A DNA stretch of 63,104 bases, filler included, from Limisphaerales bacterium (GTDB lineage: Bacteria > Verrucomicrobiota > Verrucomicrobiia > Limisphaerales > SIBE01), in assembly GCA_044225505.1 (NCBI GenBank). It is 4 parts of 4 records of this genome, joined end to end, with 100 filler letters (N's around TTAATTAATTAA, not from the genome) between each part and the next. Parts side by side here need not be neighbours in the genome. Positions count along the whole stretch, not along the records: positions 15,859 to 31,659 come from JBGAIN010000185.1; 3 more parts are not named here. One strand, written 5' to 3'. The translations under genes were made by a program, and so were the position numbers. Positions within the stretch are counted from its first letter, which is position 1; every line of letters starts with the position of its first letter. A model generated the notes under the pieces. It had not been told where the DNA came from. It saw only the letters and a list, made by a program, of their open reading frames with translations, and made no database searches. Positions 17,800 to 27,939 of this stretch are shown piece by piece.

Positions 17800-18636
17800 T
17801 TAACCCTTCTCAATGCAAGCGTAAGCATTGTGGTTATGAATGCTCTCGAAGTTCTCCGCTTCCACCTTATACCAAGTCACGTCCGGGTGGGCGTTCAGCT
17901 TAACCACCACACTCCGAACGAGATCCTCGACAAAAACTGGATTCTCATAAGCTCGCTCGGTCACTGCTTTTTCGTCCTGCCGCTTGAGCAGCGAGTACAA
18001 CTCGCTGCTCGCAGAGCTTTCCACCATGCGGATGAGATCCTCAATCCAGATGGCTTTGCGCGAGCGAATTTGCACGGTGACGACCCCGCGCTGATTGTGT
18101 GCGCCATATTTGCTAATCGCCCGCGAGCACGGACAAAGCGTAGTTACTCCCACTTCGATCGCTAGTACGAAATCGATCTCTTTGCCGCAGGCAGTTGCGT
18201 TGAAACGCGCCGTGTAATCCATCATCCCTTCTCGGTCAGAAACTGGAGCTTTTTTTACCATGAAGTAAGGAAACTCCATTTCCAAATGGGCGGTATAGGA
18301 ATTGAGCTTCTCCTGCATGGCGTAAAGGATATCCGTGATATTCTCGACGTGGACAACATTGCCGTGAGCGTTAAGCACTTCCACGAACCGGCTCATGTGA
18401 GTTCCTTTGAACTCCTTCGGCAGATCGACATACATCCCGATGGTGGCAACCGTATTCTGCAATGCCCGGGCTTTGTCTCGAACTTGAATGGGAAAGCGCA
18501 AACCCCGCACCCCGACTTTGTCAATGCGAAGCTGCCGATGATCCGGTTCGCTCTGCTTGTCCTGCAGGTTCAGTTTCTCGTCCCGTCTAGCATCCGACGA
18601 CGCGGTCGAGCGCGCGGCCTTTCTCTTCCGTAACAT
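17800..18636 (-). CDS. folE2: GTP cyclohydrolase I type 2 (IB)
   Basis: IDKVGV, KGTHMSRF, TTLCPCS, GAHNQR, NPVFVED, ESIHNHNAYA. Confidence 0.95.
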   Translation of the reverse strand: MLRKRKAARSTASSDARRDEKLNLQDKQSEPDHRQLRIDKVGVRGLRFPIQVRDKARALQNTVATIGMYVDLPKEFKGTHMSRFVEVLNAHGNVVHVENITDILYAMQEKLNSYTAHLEMEFPYFMVKKAPVSDREGMMDYTARFNATACGKEIDFVLAIEVGVTTLCPCSRAISKYGAHNQRGVVTVQIRSRKAIWIEDLIRMVESSASSELYSLLKRQDEKAVTERAYENPVFVEDLVRSVVVKLNAHPDVTWYKVEAENFESIHNHNAYACIEKG

Positions 18637-18889
18637 TGCCGACAAGATAATATCCGGCAGCTGCATTGCAAACGTTTCCCACGGCCTGGGCACCGAGCTT
18701 GGCAGGCAATCGCGCGGGCACCGCCATCCCTGGAGCTGGACCGTCAATCGATGGCTTCGTTCCGTGCCAGATCGTTAGGTCGAGGCCCAAGGTGCGGATG
18801 AAACTCGAGAAATTAGGGGAGCTGTTCTTTGTGGACACTTTGCTGAGCTTTGAATAATAATCGATGAAAGGAGTTGTTTGGAGGTGTTT

Positions 18890-19870
18890 ATGATCAGCCT
18901 ACCCAACGGACGTTTCATCGTTCTTCCCAGCCAATCGTTACGTAACAAGCAAATCGGCTTCCTGCTTTGGATAATGTTCTTAACATTGCCATTTCAAAGA
19001 CTCGCGGCCGAGCATTTTACCATCGGGACTTTTAATCTTGAGAACTACACTGACTCCGTGGGGGCAGGCCGAACGGCGAAATCCGAGTTGAGCCGCAGGA
19101 AAGTTCGCGAAGCGATTTCGGCGTTGCACGCCGATGTATTAGGGCTTCAGGAAATCGGAGATGCGCGTGCTTTGGAGGAACTTCGAGCCGCATTGGAAGC
19201 CGACGGCCTGAAGTATCCGTACTGGGAACACGTTGTCGGCTACGACACGAACATATTCGTGGCGGTTCTGAGCCGCTTTCCCATTGTCGCGAGGCGATCG
19301 CCTGCGCGCGACTCATATCTTCTGCACGGTCGCCGATTTCGGATGTCGCGCGGTGTTGCAGACGTGGATGTGCGCGTCAATTTAGACTACATATTCACGT
19401 TTTTCGTGGCGCATCTTAAATCCCGGCGCCCGTCCGCGGAAGCGGACGAAGAGGAGATTCGAGAGCAGGAAGCGATTTTATTGCGTGAGTGTATTGACGC
19501 CAGGTTGCGCGCGTCCCCGGGCGCTAACATCGCGGTTGTGGGAGATCTCAATGATGTCCCCGATGCGAGATCGACCCGGACCGTCATTGGCAAGGGGAAA
19601 AGGGCCTTAGTCGACACCCGGCCGAGTGAACGGAGTGCCGAGCGGGCGCCTATGCAGGGCCGACCAACGAAGAATCAGAATCGGACGATCACTTGGACAT
19701 ACTTTTACGGAAAGGAAGATACCTACAGTCGGATCGATTACATCCTGTTGAATTCCGCGATGGCTCAGGAATGGCATCCGAGCGGGAGTTTTGTCTTGAA
19801 CCTTCCGGACTGGGGACTGGCATCGGACCATCGGCCTGTCCTGATTGAATTAGAAGCGCAAGACCGTTGA
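18890..19870 (+). CDS. Exported endonuclease/exonuclease/phosphatase family protein
   Basis: TFNLEN, LQEI, HLKS, GDLND, RIDYIL, SDHRPV. Confidence 0.88.
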   Translation: MISLPNGRFIVLPSQSLRNKQIGFLLWIMFLTLPFQRLAAEHFTIGTFNLENYTDSVGAGRTAKSELSRRKVREAISALHADVLGLQEIGDARALEELRAALEADGLKYPYWEHVVGYDTNIFVAVLSRFPIVARRSPARDSYLLHGRRFRMSRGVADVDVRVNLDYIFTFFVAHLKSRRPSAEADEEEIREQEAILLRECIDARLRASPGANIAVVGDLNDVPDARSTRTVIGKGKRALVDTRPSERSAERAPMQGRPTKNQNRTITWTYFYGKEDTYSRIDYILLNSAMAQEWHPSGSFVLNLPDWGLASDHRPVLIELEAQDR

Positions 19871-20104
19871 GCGAGCCGGTCTGAGTTGGGGTGCCATTTG
19901 CACCGGTGGATTCCGCATTTTGCGGACTCCCAACGGCGCGAGAACACTTCGTGATCGGGTTTTGGCCGTCATAAACGCCTGGTTTACAAGGATATCTTCG
20001 CGTCGTGCCTAGGTTGCGACCCAACGCCGAGTCCGTCGTGACCATCCCAGTCCGCCACGGCTCAGCCCTTGTCACCTCGACTGGGGGAGTCTATCCTCCG
20101 GCCG

Positions 20105-20785
20105 ATGACAAGCAATACGGTGGGGTTCATTCGCGAAGACCCCTGGAGGATTTTCCGCATCATGGCGGAATTTGTTGATTCTTTTGAAACCATGTCGCAG
20201 GTGGGTCCGGCTGTGACAATTTTTGGGTCCGCTCGCACCCCGCCTACGGATCCTTACTACCAAGCTGCGGTGACAATTGGCAAGGAGCTAGCCCGGAACC
20301 ATTTAGGTGTCATTACGGGCGGTGGACCGGGGATCATGGAGGCCGCTAACCGCGGTGGAGCGGAAGGAAAGGGGAAATCCGTCGGCCTGAATATTGAACT
20401 GCCTTTTGAGCAAAAAGGAAATCGGTTCGCGAATGTGCCCATACACTTTCACTATTTCTTCTCGCGCAAGGTTTGCTTTGTGAAATACAGCATTGCCTTT
20501 ATTTTCATGCCTGGAGGGTTCGGGACTCTAGACGAGTTTTTTGAGGTCCTAACCCTTGAGCAAACTCAAAGGATTCCAAGATATCCAATGATCCTCTTTG
20601 GACGCGAGTATTGGCAGGGCTTGCTGCGCTGGATGAAAGGGACTTTGGAAAAAGACAAGTTTATCAGCCCGGGCGACTTGGAGATTGCAACCATTACCGA
20701 TGATCCCCAGGAAGCGGTGGCGATCATTCTGGATTACATGCGCCGAGTCGGACCGCCCGAAACGATTCCTCGGGCGCTCTCGTGA
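20105..20785 (+). CDS. LOG family nucleotide phosphoribohydrolase (TIGR00730-like)
   Basis: FGSAR, TGGGPGIMEAAN, PGGFGTLDE. Confidence 0.9.
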   Translation: MTSNTVGFIREDPWRIFRIMAEFVDSFETMSQVGPAVTIFGSARTPPTDPYYQAAVTIGKELARNHLGVITGGGPGIMEAANRGGAEGKGKSVGLNIELPFEQKGNRFANVPIHFHYFFSRKVCFVKYSIAFIFMPGGFGTLDEFFEVLTLEQTQRIPRYPMILFGREYWQGLLRWMKGTLEKDKFISPGDLEIATITDDPQEAVAIILDYMRRVGPPETIPRALS

Positions 20786-22074
20786 GTGACGGTCGAACTA
20801 ACATTATGTATCAAGTCTCACGCCATAAGACGGGTCTGACCGTGGTCACCGCGGAGATGCCGCATATGGCCAGCATTAGTTTGGGGATCTGGGTCGCGGT
20901 GGGAGGACGGCACGAGCCAGCACGGCTATCGGGCGTTTCTCATTTTATTGAACATCTGCTTTTCAAGGGCACGAAGAACCGGACGGCCAAGCAGATTTCG
21001 CAGGATGTCGAAGGTATCGGCGGATATCTGAATGCGTTTACGACGGAAGAGACGACGTGCTTTTACTCCAAGGCTCGCCACGATCGATCCCAAGAGCTTT
21101 TGGACGTGCTCATGGACATGTTCTTGAACTCGACGTTCGATTCCGGGGAAATCGACAAGGAGCGCAACGTGATCAAAGAGGAAGTGGCCATGTACTTGGA
21201 TCAGCCCCAGCATCACGTCCTGGAGTTGCTCAATGAAACGCTCTGGCCAGACCAACCCCTGGGGCGATCTCTGACCGGCACCATCGAGACGCTGGACGCC
21301 ATGACCCGTCGCCAACTTCTTGGTTTTCAGCAACGGAATTATGTCAGCGCTGGAACGCTCGTGGCCGCTGCCGGGCGGCTCAAACACGATAAGTTTGTCA
21401 AAGCAGTTTCCTCCTACGCACGGCGTCTTCCGCTGGGGGATCGTCCGCGTTTTGCCAAAGCCAGCCACGAACAAACCTCACCCCGAACGCGTTTGTTCAA
21501 GAAATCTGCCCAGCAAACTCAACTTGCCATCGGGCTGCGAACGTGCTCTCGCCACGACCGGCGACGGTTTGCCCTGCGACTGCTCAGTACCGTCCTGGGC
21601 GAGAACATGAGCTCGCGTTTGTTCCAGGTGCTCCGGGAAGATAACGGGTTGGCCTATTCGGTCTGCAGTTCGTTGGCGTTCTACGAGGACGTCGGCGCCC
21701 TGATCATCTCCGCTGGTTTGGAACCGGACAATCTCCACCGCGCTTTGAAGCTGATCGTGACCGAGATGAGGCGGCTTAAATCGACCCGCATCACGCCCGC
21801 GGAGCTTCGGCGCGCTCGCGACTATCTCATCGGCCAGATTGACCTAAGCTTGGAGAGCACGGAGAATCAGATGATGTGGCTTGCGGAACAGATGCTTGGC
21901 TACGGCAAAACGATCGCGCCGGAGAACATAAAACAAAGGCTGGCCGAAGTCACGGCGAGTGACATCCAAGCCGCGGCGTGCGATTTCCTTCGGGCGGACC
22001 GGCTCAGTTTGGCGTTGGTTAGTCCTATCAAGTCCGACAAGAGACTCGAGCCGCTGCTCTCCGGTTTACGGTGA
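20782..22074 (+). CDS. M16 family (pitrilysin-like) zinc peptidase
   Basis: Inverted zincin HFIEH, NAFT, SSRLFQVLRE..GLAYSV. Confidence 0.92.
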   Translation: MSDGRTNIMYQVSRHKTGLTVVTAEMPHMASISLGIWVAVGGRHEPARLSGVSHFIEHLLFKGTKNRTAKQISQDVEGIGGYLNAFTTEETTCFYSKARHDRSQELLDVLMDMFLNSTFDSGEIDKERNVIKEEVAMYLDQPQHHVLELLNETLWPDQPLGRSLTGTIETLDAMTRRQLLGFQQRNYVSAGTLVAAAGRLKHDKFVKAVSSYARRLPLGDRPRFAKASHEQTSPRTRLFKKSAQQTQLAIGLRTCSRHDRRRFALRLLSTVLGENMSSRLFQVLREDNGLAYSVCSSLAFYEDVGALIISAGLEPDNLHRALKLIVTEMRRLKSTRITPAELRRARDYLIGQIDLSLESTENQMMWLAEQMLGYGKTIAPENIKQRLAEVTASDIQAAACDFLRADRLSLALVSPIKSDKRLEPLLSGLR

Positions 22075-23564
22075 GAACATTCGCTCCGTTGATGCGGGAG
22101 GTGGGCACGGGCCATACGCCGGAAACGCTCGTCACGCAGCTTGGTCGAGCGCCGGGTATCGTGCTGCTGCAAAGTGCCCGGAGCGATCCCGGGCAAGGGC
22201 GCTATTCTTTGGTCGCTGCACGTCCGATCCTCACTTTCCGCTCCTTCGGCATCCAATGTGAAACATGGGCAGGGGATCATCGGGAGCTCCAGTACGGTAA
22301 CCCATGGCAAATCCTGGATGCCTTAATGACGCGCTTCGAGGTTTTGGACGAAGTGGATCTGCCATTCCCGCTCGGGGGTGCTTTCGGGTTTATCGGGTTT
22401 GGCATGAAACATTTTGTGGAGCCTAGATTGCCGCGCGGCGCCGTCAATGACCTCCCGCTGCCAGATTGTCATTTGGGTTTCTACGGCAGCTTGGTGGTAT
22501 TTGATCATGCGCTTCACAAGACCTGGGTCATCGCGACGGGTTTAGCGATCGACGGTTCGCGCGAGGATTCGGTCGCTCGAGAGGAGCTCCGTTATTGGGC
22601 AGGGATTCTTGAAAGCGGCGAAGGGCCTGCACTTGGAGTGACCGTTCCCGAAAGAAGCGGGAACTTACCGTTGGTCAAGTCGAACCTTACCGAAGCCCAA
22701 TTCGTTCGTATGGTCGAACGCGCGCAACAGTATATTCGGGCGGGCCATATCTATCAGGTTAATCTGTCGCAACGTCTGGAAAGTCCGTCCTACGATTCCG
22801 CTTGGACCCTTTACCAGGATTTAACGGCCGTATCGCCCGCTCCGTTCGCCGCTTATTTGGCGATCCGCGACTGCGAGATTGTTTCTTCGTCACCCGAGTT
22901 GTTCCTTAGGTTGACAGGCAGCCGAATCGTAACACGGCCTATCAAAGGGACACGCCCGCGCTCGCTGGATCCGGTGCAAGACACCCAGCTCGGATACGAA
23001 TTGCAGACCAGTTCCAAGGAACTCGCGGAACTGGTGATGATCACAGACCTGCTGCGAAACGATCTAGGCCGCGTCTGTGAATACGGGACTGTTCAGGTCC
23101 CGGAATTAGTGCGACTCGAGCGCTACTCGCATGTGCAGCATCTCGTTTCGTCCGTGGAGGGGCGGTTGCGCGACGATGTAACGCACCTCGGTGCATTGGC
23201 CGCTTGCTTCCCGGGGGGCAGCATTACCGGCGCGCCGAAGATTCGGGCACTTGAAATAATCGACGAGCTCGAACCGGTCGCGCGGGGTCCTTATACAGGT
23301 GTGACCGGGTACTTCGGGTTCAACCGCGAGAGTCAGTGGAGCATTCTGATACGCACGGCCGTTGTGCACTCGCGAACCGCGTTTTTCCAGGTCGGTGCGG
23401 GCATTGTTGCCGACTCAAATCCCAAGGCTGAGTACGACGAAACTCTGGCGAAAGGGCGCGGCTTTTTCGATGCGTTGCGACGCAGAGCGGGCACACAGCA
23501 GGCAACCGGAGCCTGGCCAGATCAGTTGAGTCACGTATGGGCAAACCTGACTTCGTCTTCTTAA
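22071..23564 (+). CDS. pabB: Aminodeoxychorismate synthase component I
   Basis: YQVNLSQR, SSSPELF, PIKGT (PabB-type rather than TrpE PIAGT), DLLRND, FPGGSITGAPK. Confidence 0.85.
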   Translation: MRTFAPLMREVGTGHTPETLVTQLGRAPGIVLLQSARSDPGQGRYSLVAARPILTFRSFGIQCETWAGDHRELQYGNPWQILDALMTRFEVLDEVDLPFPLGGAFGFIGFGMKHFVEPRLPRGAVNDLPLPDCHLGFYGSLVVFDHALHKTWVIATGLAIDGSREDSVAREELRYWAGILESGEGPALGVTVPERSGNLPLVKSNLTEAQFVRMVERAQQYIRAGHIYQVNLSQRLESPSYDSAWTLYQDLTAVSPAPFAAYLAIRDCEIVSSSPELFLRLTGSRIVTRPIKGTRPRSLDPVQDTQLGYELQTSSKELAELVMITDLLRNDLGRVCEYGTVQVPELVRLERYSHVQHLVSSVEGRLRDDVTHLGALAACFPGGSITGAPKIRALEIIDELEPVARGPYTGVTGYFGFNRESQWSILIRTAVVHSRTAFFQVGAGIVADSNPKAEYDETLAKGRGFFDALRRRAGTQQATGAWPDQLSHVWANLTSSS

Positions 23565-24430
23565 ACGGCCAGATTGTCCCTCTAGCGGACGCCAAGATTT
23601 CCGTCCTGGATCGGTCCTTCCTCTACGGGGATGGGATTTTCGAATCGATTCGGATCGAGCGCGGGCTTCCCGCTTTTTGGTCCCACCATTGGAGTCGGCT
23701 GAAACAGGGAGCTGCCTTCCTGAAGATCACAACGCCGTTTTCCGAGTCGGACGTTGAATCCGCTATTTGGGAGTTGGTCCGCCGGAACGAGCTTCAAACT
23801 GGAGTGGTCCGGATCACTCTCTCCCGTGGAATCGGCCATCGCGGTTATTCTCCGCGGTGCGGACTCGCCGTTCTGGTGATGACGTCCCATGCCATGGCCG
23901 CCGTGGACCTCGCACGCCCTGCCCAATGGCGGCTGATGACTTCCCGTGTCAGGCTGCACTCCAACAATCCGTTCGCGGAGATCAAAAGCTGCAACAAGCT
24001 TCCGCAGGTCCTGGCGCGAGCAGAAGCCGACGCCGAGAACGCGGATGAAGCGCTGCTATCGCTCGATAATGGAGAGATCGTGGAAGGATCCAGCTCGAAC
24101 CTCTTTTGCATTGAACACGGCGCGGTGTGGACTCCGCCTCTCGCTGGGGCAGGCTTGGCGGGAATCACCCGTTCCACGGTCATCTCTCTGTGCAAGAACC
24201 TAAGTATCCCATGTGCCGAACGCTCGTGCTGGATAGACACACTTTACCGAGCGGATGGCGTTTTCCTCACTCTGAGTTCCTGGGGCGTCGTCGAAGCGAT
24301 TGAACTGAACGGGCGGACGCTCCACACCTCTCCGATTACCGAAAAACTGCATCGTGGCTATCAAGCGCTGGTGCAGGGAAACGAATCCAGCTACGGGGTA
24401 GCAACCGTGGATGGCACGGGTCCCGTCTGA
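23537..24430 (+). CDS. pabC: Class IV PLP aminotransferase / aminodeoxychorismate lyase
   Basis: DRSFLYGDGIFES, EGSSSNLF, LAGITR; overlaps pabB. Confidence 0.75.
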   Translation: MGKPDFVFLNGQIVPLADAKISVLDRSFLYGDGIFESIRIERGLPAFWSHHWSRLKQGAAFLKITTPFSESDVESAIWELVRRNELQTGVVRITLSRGIGHRGYSPRCGLAVLVMTSHAMAAVDLARPAQWRLMTSRVRLHSNNPFAEIKSCNKLPQVLARAEADAENADEALLSLDNGEIVEGSSSNLFCIEHGAVWTPPLAGAGLAGITRSTVISLCKNLSIPCAERSCWIDTLYRADGVFLTLSSWGVVEAIELNGRTLHTSPITEKLHRGYQALVQGNESSYGVATVDGTGPV

Positions 24431-24768
24431 AGCAACGACTGCTCCAGGAGGGAGGTGCGTGCTTGATCGACGAAGGATTCATGGAGGCGCCCCGCCAGTT
24501 CCAGCGTTTCCTCCTGGCTGGTGTGTACAGGCTCAAAGTGCATCCCTGAACGCACCCACGTCTGTGCCCGGACCTCTTGCGGACAATCCGCCGCTCGCAA
24601 AAAACAGCGCTGCTCGATCCTCAGCATTCCGTTGGCACTCGTCGTGGCCGCGACGGTATGCGCGATCACGATCCATTCGCTCGCGCGACTATCGGAGTAT
24701 CCATCCAGTGGGTCCCCAGAGCAGCGCCCCAGTTCGGTCTCGGATTCAAATACGAGTTTCAAGGGCAT
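24391..24768 (-). CDS. Hypothetical protein
   Basis: ATG-started 125-aa ORF with protein-like composition; no motif. Confidence 0.45.
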   Translation of the reverse strand: MPLKLVFESETELGRCSGDPLDGYSDSRASEWIVIAHTVAATTSANGMLRIEQRCFLRAADCPQEVRAQTWVRSGMHFEPVHTSQEETLELAGRLHESFVDQARTSLLEQSLLQTGPVPSTVATP

Positions 24769-25440
24769 GACCTTCTGGAGTGGACAATTCTAGACTGTAG
24801 CGATGTGAGATCGATTGGTGACCTAGGTCCGGGTTGCTCCCAGGGTTACGATAGGTGATCTGAATCGGCAGCCACGCGGGCCCCTGGGCGTATCCCTCGT
24901 CCCATTCTAGAATGTTCAGTGCGGCTGGAGAAAATGCCGGTTCCTGATCGTTCGTCGATCGTTCCATTTTTCGTGCCATAATAATTCCCATTTCCATCGA
25001 TTCTTCGAACGCCTGCATCTGACCAAACAGCGAAGCGCGCGACAATCAGGGGTCCGGACGTTTGTGAGTCGTGGGATGCCCCTGAGACCTGAGAAAGGGA
25101 AACCCTGAGCTTAGGAGTTTTCCGGTGACTTTGCGCTCGGCGCTAACAGCGATCCTTCCGGGGAATTGTGTCCTGACCCTCCTTCATCATCCTGCTTCTT
25201 CCCTTAATGTAATCGTATCTGGCAGCTATCGTTTCGTTGGTGTTCACTTTTCCTGGTAAATGGGGGCGAATGTGGACCCAACCTATGGAACATCGGGCTG
25301 CCAGGCCGTTGCAGGGAGAGGCTTGCCCTTCCGAGGAATCGGCCTGCATCCTGCTAACCGGAGCGTGGGGCGATTCCTATCGAATCGCCTTTGACCAGTT
25401 TCGTGACAGCGTCCGACGACGCTGAACAGAAGGAATACGC

Positions 25441-27306
25441 ATGTGCGGCATTGTGGGCTATATCGGTTCACGTCAGGCGCAAGACATCTGTCTGGCAGGC
25501 CTGCGGCGATTGGAGTACCGCGGGTATGATTCGGCAGGCATTGCCGTGACGGCCAATGGCGAACTCGATATTCGCCGCGCCGTCGGTAAACTCGACGGCT
25601 TGTCTACAGCCTTGCGAGCGAATCCGCTCCGAGGTTCGGCGGGCATAGGGCACACCCGTTGGGCGACCCATGGCAAACCCTCGGAGCGCAACTCGCATCC
25701 GCACGCGGACTGTCGCCGCCGCATTGCTGTAGTGCACAACGGCATCATCGAGAATTACCAGGAGCTGCGCCGACAACTCGAAGCGGCCGGTCACGCGTTT
25801 CGCAGTGACACGGACACTGAAGTGATGGCTCACCTGGTGGAGAGCCACTATGAAGGAGATCTCCGAAAGGCGGTCCGGGATTCGGTCCGGGAACTTCACG
25901 GGGCATTTGCTTTCGGAGTGATTGCGGCTGACAAGCCAGGAGAGATGATCGCTGTGCGGCGGTTTTCCCCGTTGGTGATCGGGTTGGGCAAGGGCGAGAA
26001 TTTCATTGCGTCGGATATGGGCGCCATCCGCGCGGAAACGGGACAGGTCTACGTCATTAACGACGATGAACTCTGCCGAATAACTTCCGAAGGAGTCGAA
26101 ATTACCGATCTTGAATTTCGGCCCGTTTCCCGAGCGGTTTACTCCATCCCTTGGCCAGCGGAAGCGGCGGAGAAGGGGGGGCACCGAAAGTTCATGCACA
26201 AAGAAATCCATGAACAACCGGAAACGCTCCAATCAGCGCTAGCTGGCCGGCTCGCTGGGTCCGATCATCCTGTGACTTTCGAAAAGATCGGCCTCAGTGA
26301 CGCGGAAGTCCGAGGGCTTCGACGGGTGGTGTTTACGGCGTGTGGCACCGCTCTTCATGCTTCATTGGTCGGACGGTTTCTCATGGACAAACTGGCGAGA
26401 ATCCCATCCGAGCTCGATCTGGCGTCGGAATTGCGCCATCGCGACCCGGTGGTTTTGGAAAATACGCTTTGCGTCGTGGTGAGCCAGTCTGGCGAGACGG
26501 CGGACTCTCTCGAAGCCCTTCGCACCATGAAAGGGAAAGGGGCCAAGATTCTCAGCATTTTGAATGTGGTCGACAGCTCGATTGCGCGGGAGAGCGACGG
26601 TGTTGCCTACATCCACGCGGGGCCGGAAATCAGCGTGGCCGCGACGAAGACCTACACGTCGCAGGTTCTGACGATGATCTTGCTCGCCTTGCATTTCGCG
26701 GAGGTGCGAGGAACCGCGACGCCCGACGAGTTGAAGGCCATCAAACAGGCGTTGTTGGAGGCGCCTGCGCAAGTGGAAGAATTGCTGCGCCGCGAGAATG
26801 AGGTCTTGGCCATTGCCAAGAAGCATTATCAACGGCAAAACGCCCTTTATCTCGCTCGCGGGATAAACCTTCCGTCCGCCATGGAAGGAGCACTGAAGCT
26901 CAAGGAGATCAGCTATATCCATGCGGAGGCTTACTCTGCGGGCGAAATGAAGCATGGACCGATCGCCTTGGTCTGTCCGGAAATGTTCGTCGTCGCTTTG
27001 GCCTATCGCGGTCCGACCTACGACGAAATGATCGGCAATATCATGGAGATTAAGGCGCGCAGCGGCCCAGTCGTCGCGGTGGCTTACGATGGCGACAAAA
27101 AGATTCTCTCGACGGGAGTCGACGCCTCATTCCACGACGCACAGAAAGATTTCAACGACATCATTTGGGTCCCGCGAACCCACGAATACGTCTCCCCGAT
27201 CACGACGGCAATTCCACTGCAACTTTTGGCCTATCATATCGCTGATCTTCGGGGCGAAGATATTGATCAGCCTCGAAACCTCGCAAAAACCGTCACCGTT
27301 AAATGA
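25441..27306 (+). CDS. glmS: Glutamine--fructose-6-phosphate transaminase
   Basis: MCGIVG, LEYRGYDSAG, GHTRWATHG, SQSGETAD, PRNLAKTVTV. Confidence 0.97.
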   Translation: MCGIVGYIGSRQAQDICLAGLRRLEYRGYDSAGIAVTANGELDIRRAVGKLDGLSTALRANPLRGSAGIGHTRWATHGKPSERNSHPHADCRRRIAVVHNGIIENYQELRRQLEAAGHAFRSDTDTEVMAHLVESHYEGDLRKAVRDSVRELHGAFAFGVIAADKPGEMIAVRRFSPLVIGLGKGENFIASDMGAIRAETGQVYVINDDELCRITSEGVEITDLEFRPVSRAVYSIPWPAEAAEKGGHRKFMHKEIHEQPETLQSALAGRLAGSDHPVTFEKIGLSDAEVRGLRRVVFTACGTALHASLVGRFLMDKLARIPSELDLASELRHRDPVVLENTLCVVVSQSGETADSLEALRTMKGKGAKILSILNVVDSSIARESDGVAYIHAGPEISVAATKTYTSQVLTMILLALHFAEVRGTATPDELKAIKQALLEAPAQVEELLRRENEVLAIAKKHYQRQNALYLARGINLPSAMEGALKLKEISYIHAEAYSAGEMKHGPIALVCPEMFVVALAYRGPTYDEMIGNIMEIKARSGPVVAVAYDGDKKILSTGVDASFHDAQKDFNDIIWVPRTHEYVSPITTAIPLQLLAYHIADLRGEDIDQPRNLAKTVTVK

Positions 27307-27939
27307 TCAGGTTTTTCTGATGTCGGCCGCGCGGCTTCTGGTAAATCTCGAGTCCCGGCGGGCACACAAGGGGTCTGTGGCCGGGACTTGCTGCCGCCGC
27401 TGCCATCACGGTCGCCTCTCCTCGATCGGCCTCTTGATGCGGAAAGCTCCATGCCAACCACGCAAAGCGATTGGCATCGGCCACGGTGAGTCGTTCCCAA
27501 AGCTGCCAAATGGCCACCGCCCACAGTTTATGAAGTTGCCCGGAAGCCCGGGCTGACGAAGACCGCAAAGGGTTGGGCCACTTGCCACCCGCCAATTCCG
27601 GTGCTGGAGCGATCGAGGTTCTTTCGACTCACGTCCTTTTCGTCTCCTAGATTGAGATTTCAAGTAGCTGGTAACTGATCCAAAGGGTCGGCTGCCCAGG
27701 GTGCCCCTCCAACTGCACTTCACGGCATGGCCATAGACGAATACCGGCGGTGGCAATAACAGGGACAATTGCGAATCCTCGCATTTCGCCATAGCGATAG
27801 TGCTTCGCGCCCCTGGAATCACGCGATTCACCACCAAGGTTTGGAAATCTCGTGCAGCAAGCTGTAAGCAATAACCAAGTCACCAGACCGGATACCCGAT
27901 TTCATGAACAATTTAGAAGCACCCGTACGGCATGCTACG

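Noticed and set aside
18640..18880. Zur box upstream of folE2
   Set aside because: Only weak AT-rich or imperfect palindromes (e.g. TTGCAAACGTTTCCCA); not convincing without a clade-specific motif
24746..25045. Possible small minus-strand gene upstream of the 24391-24768 ORF
   Set aside because: No motif, uncertain start and no supporting signal; cannot be supported
25050..25440. glmS ribozyme in the long leader upstream of glmS
   Set aside because: The core AGCGCC...GACGAGG signature is not present
27299..27595. Minus-strand ORF with PIN-like DRGEA motif
   Set aside because: Too short, lacks the other acidic PIN residues and has no credible start
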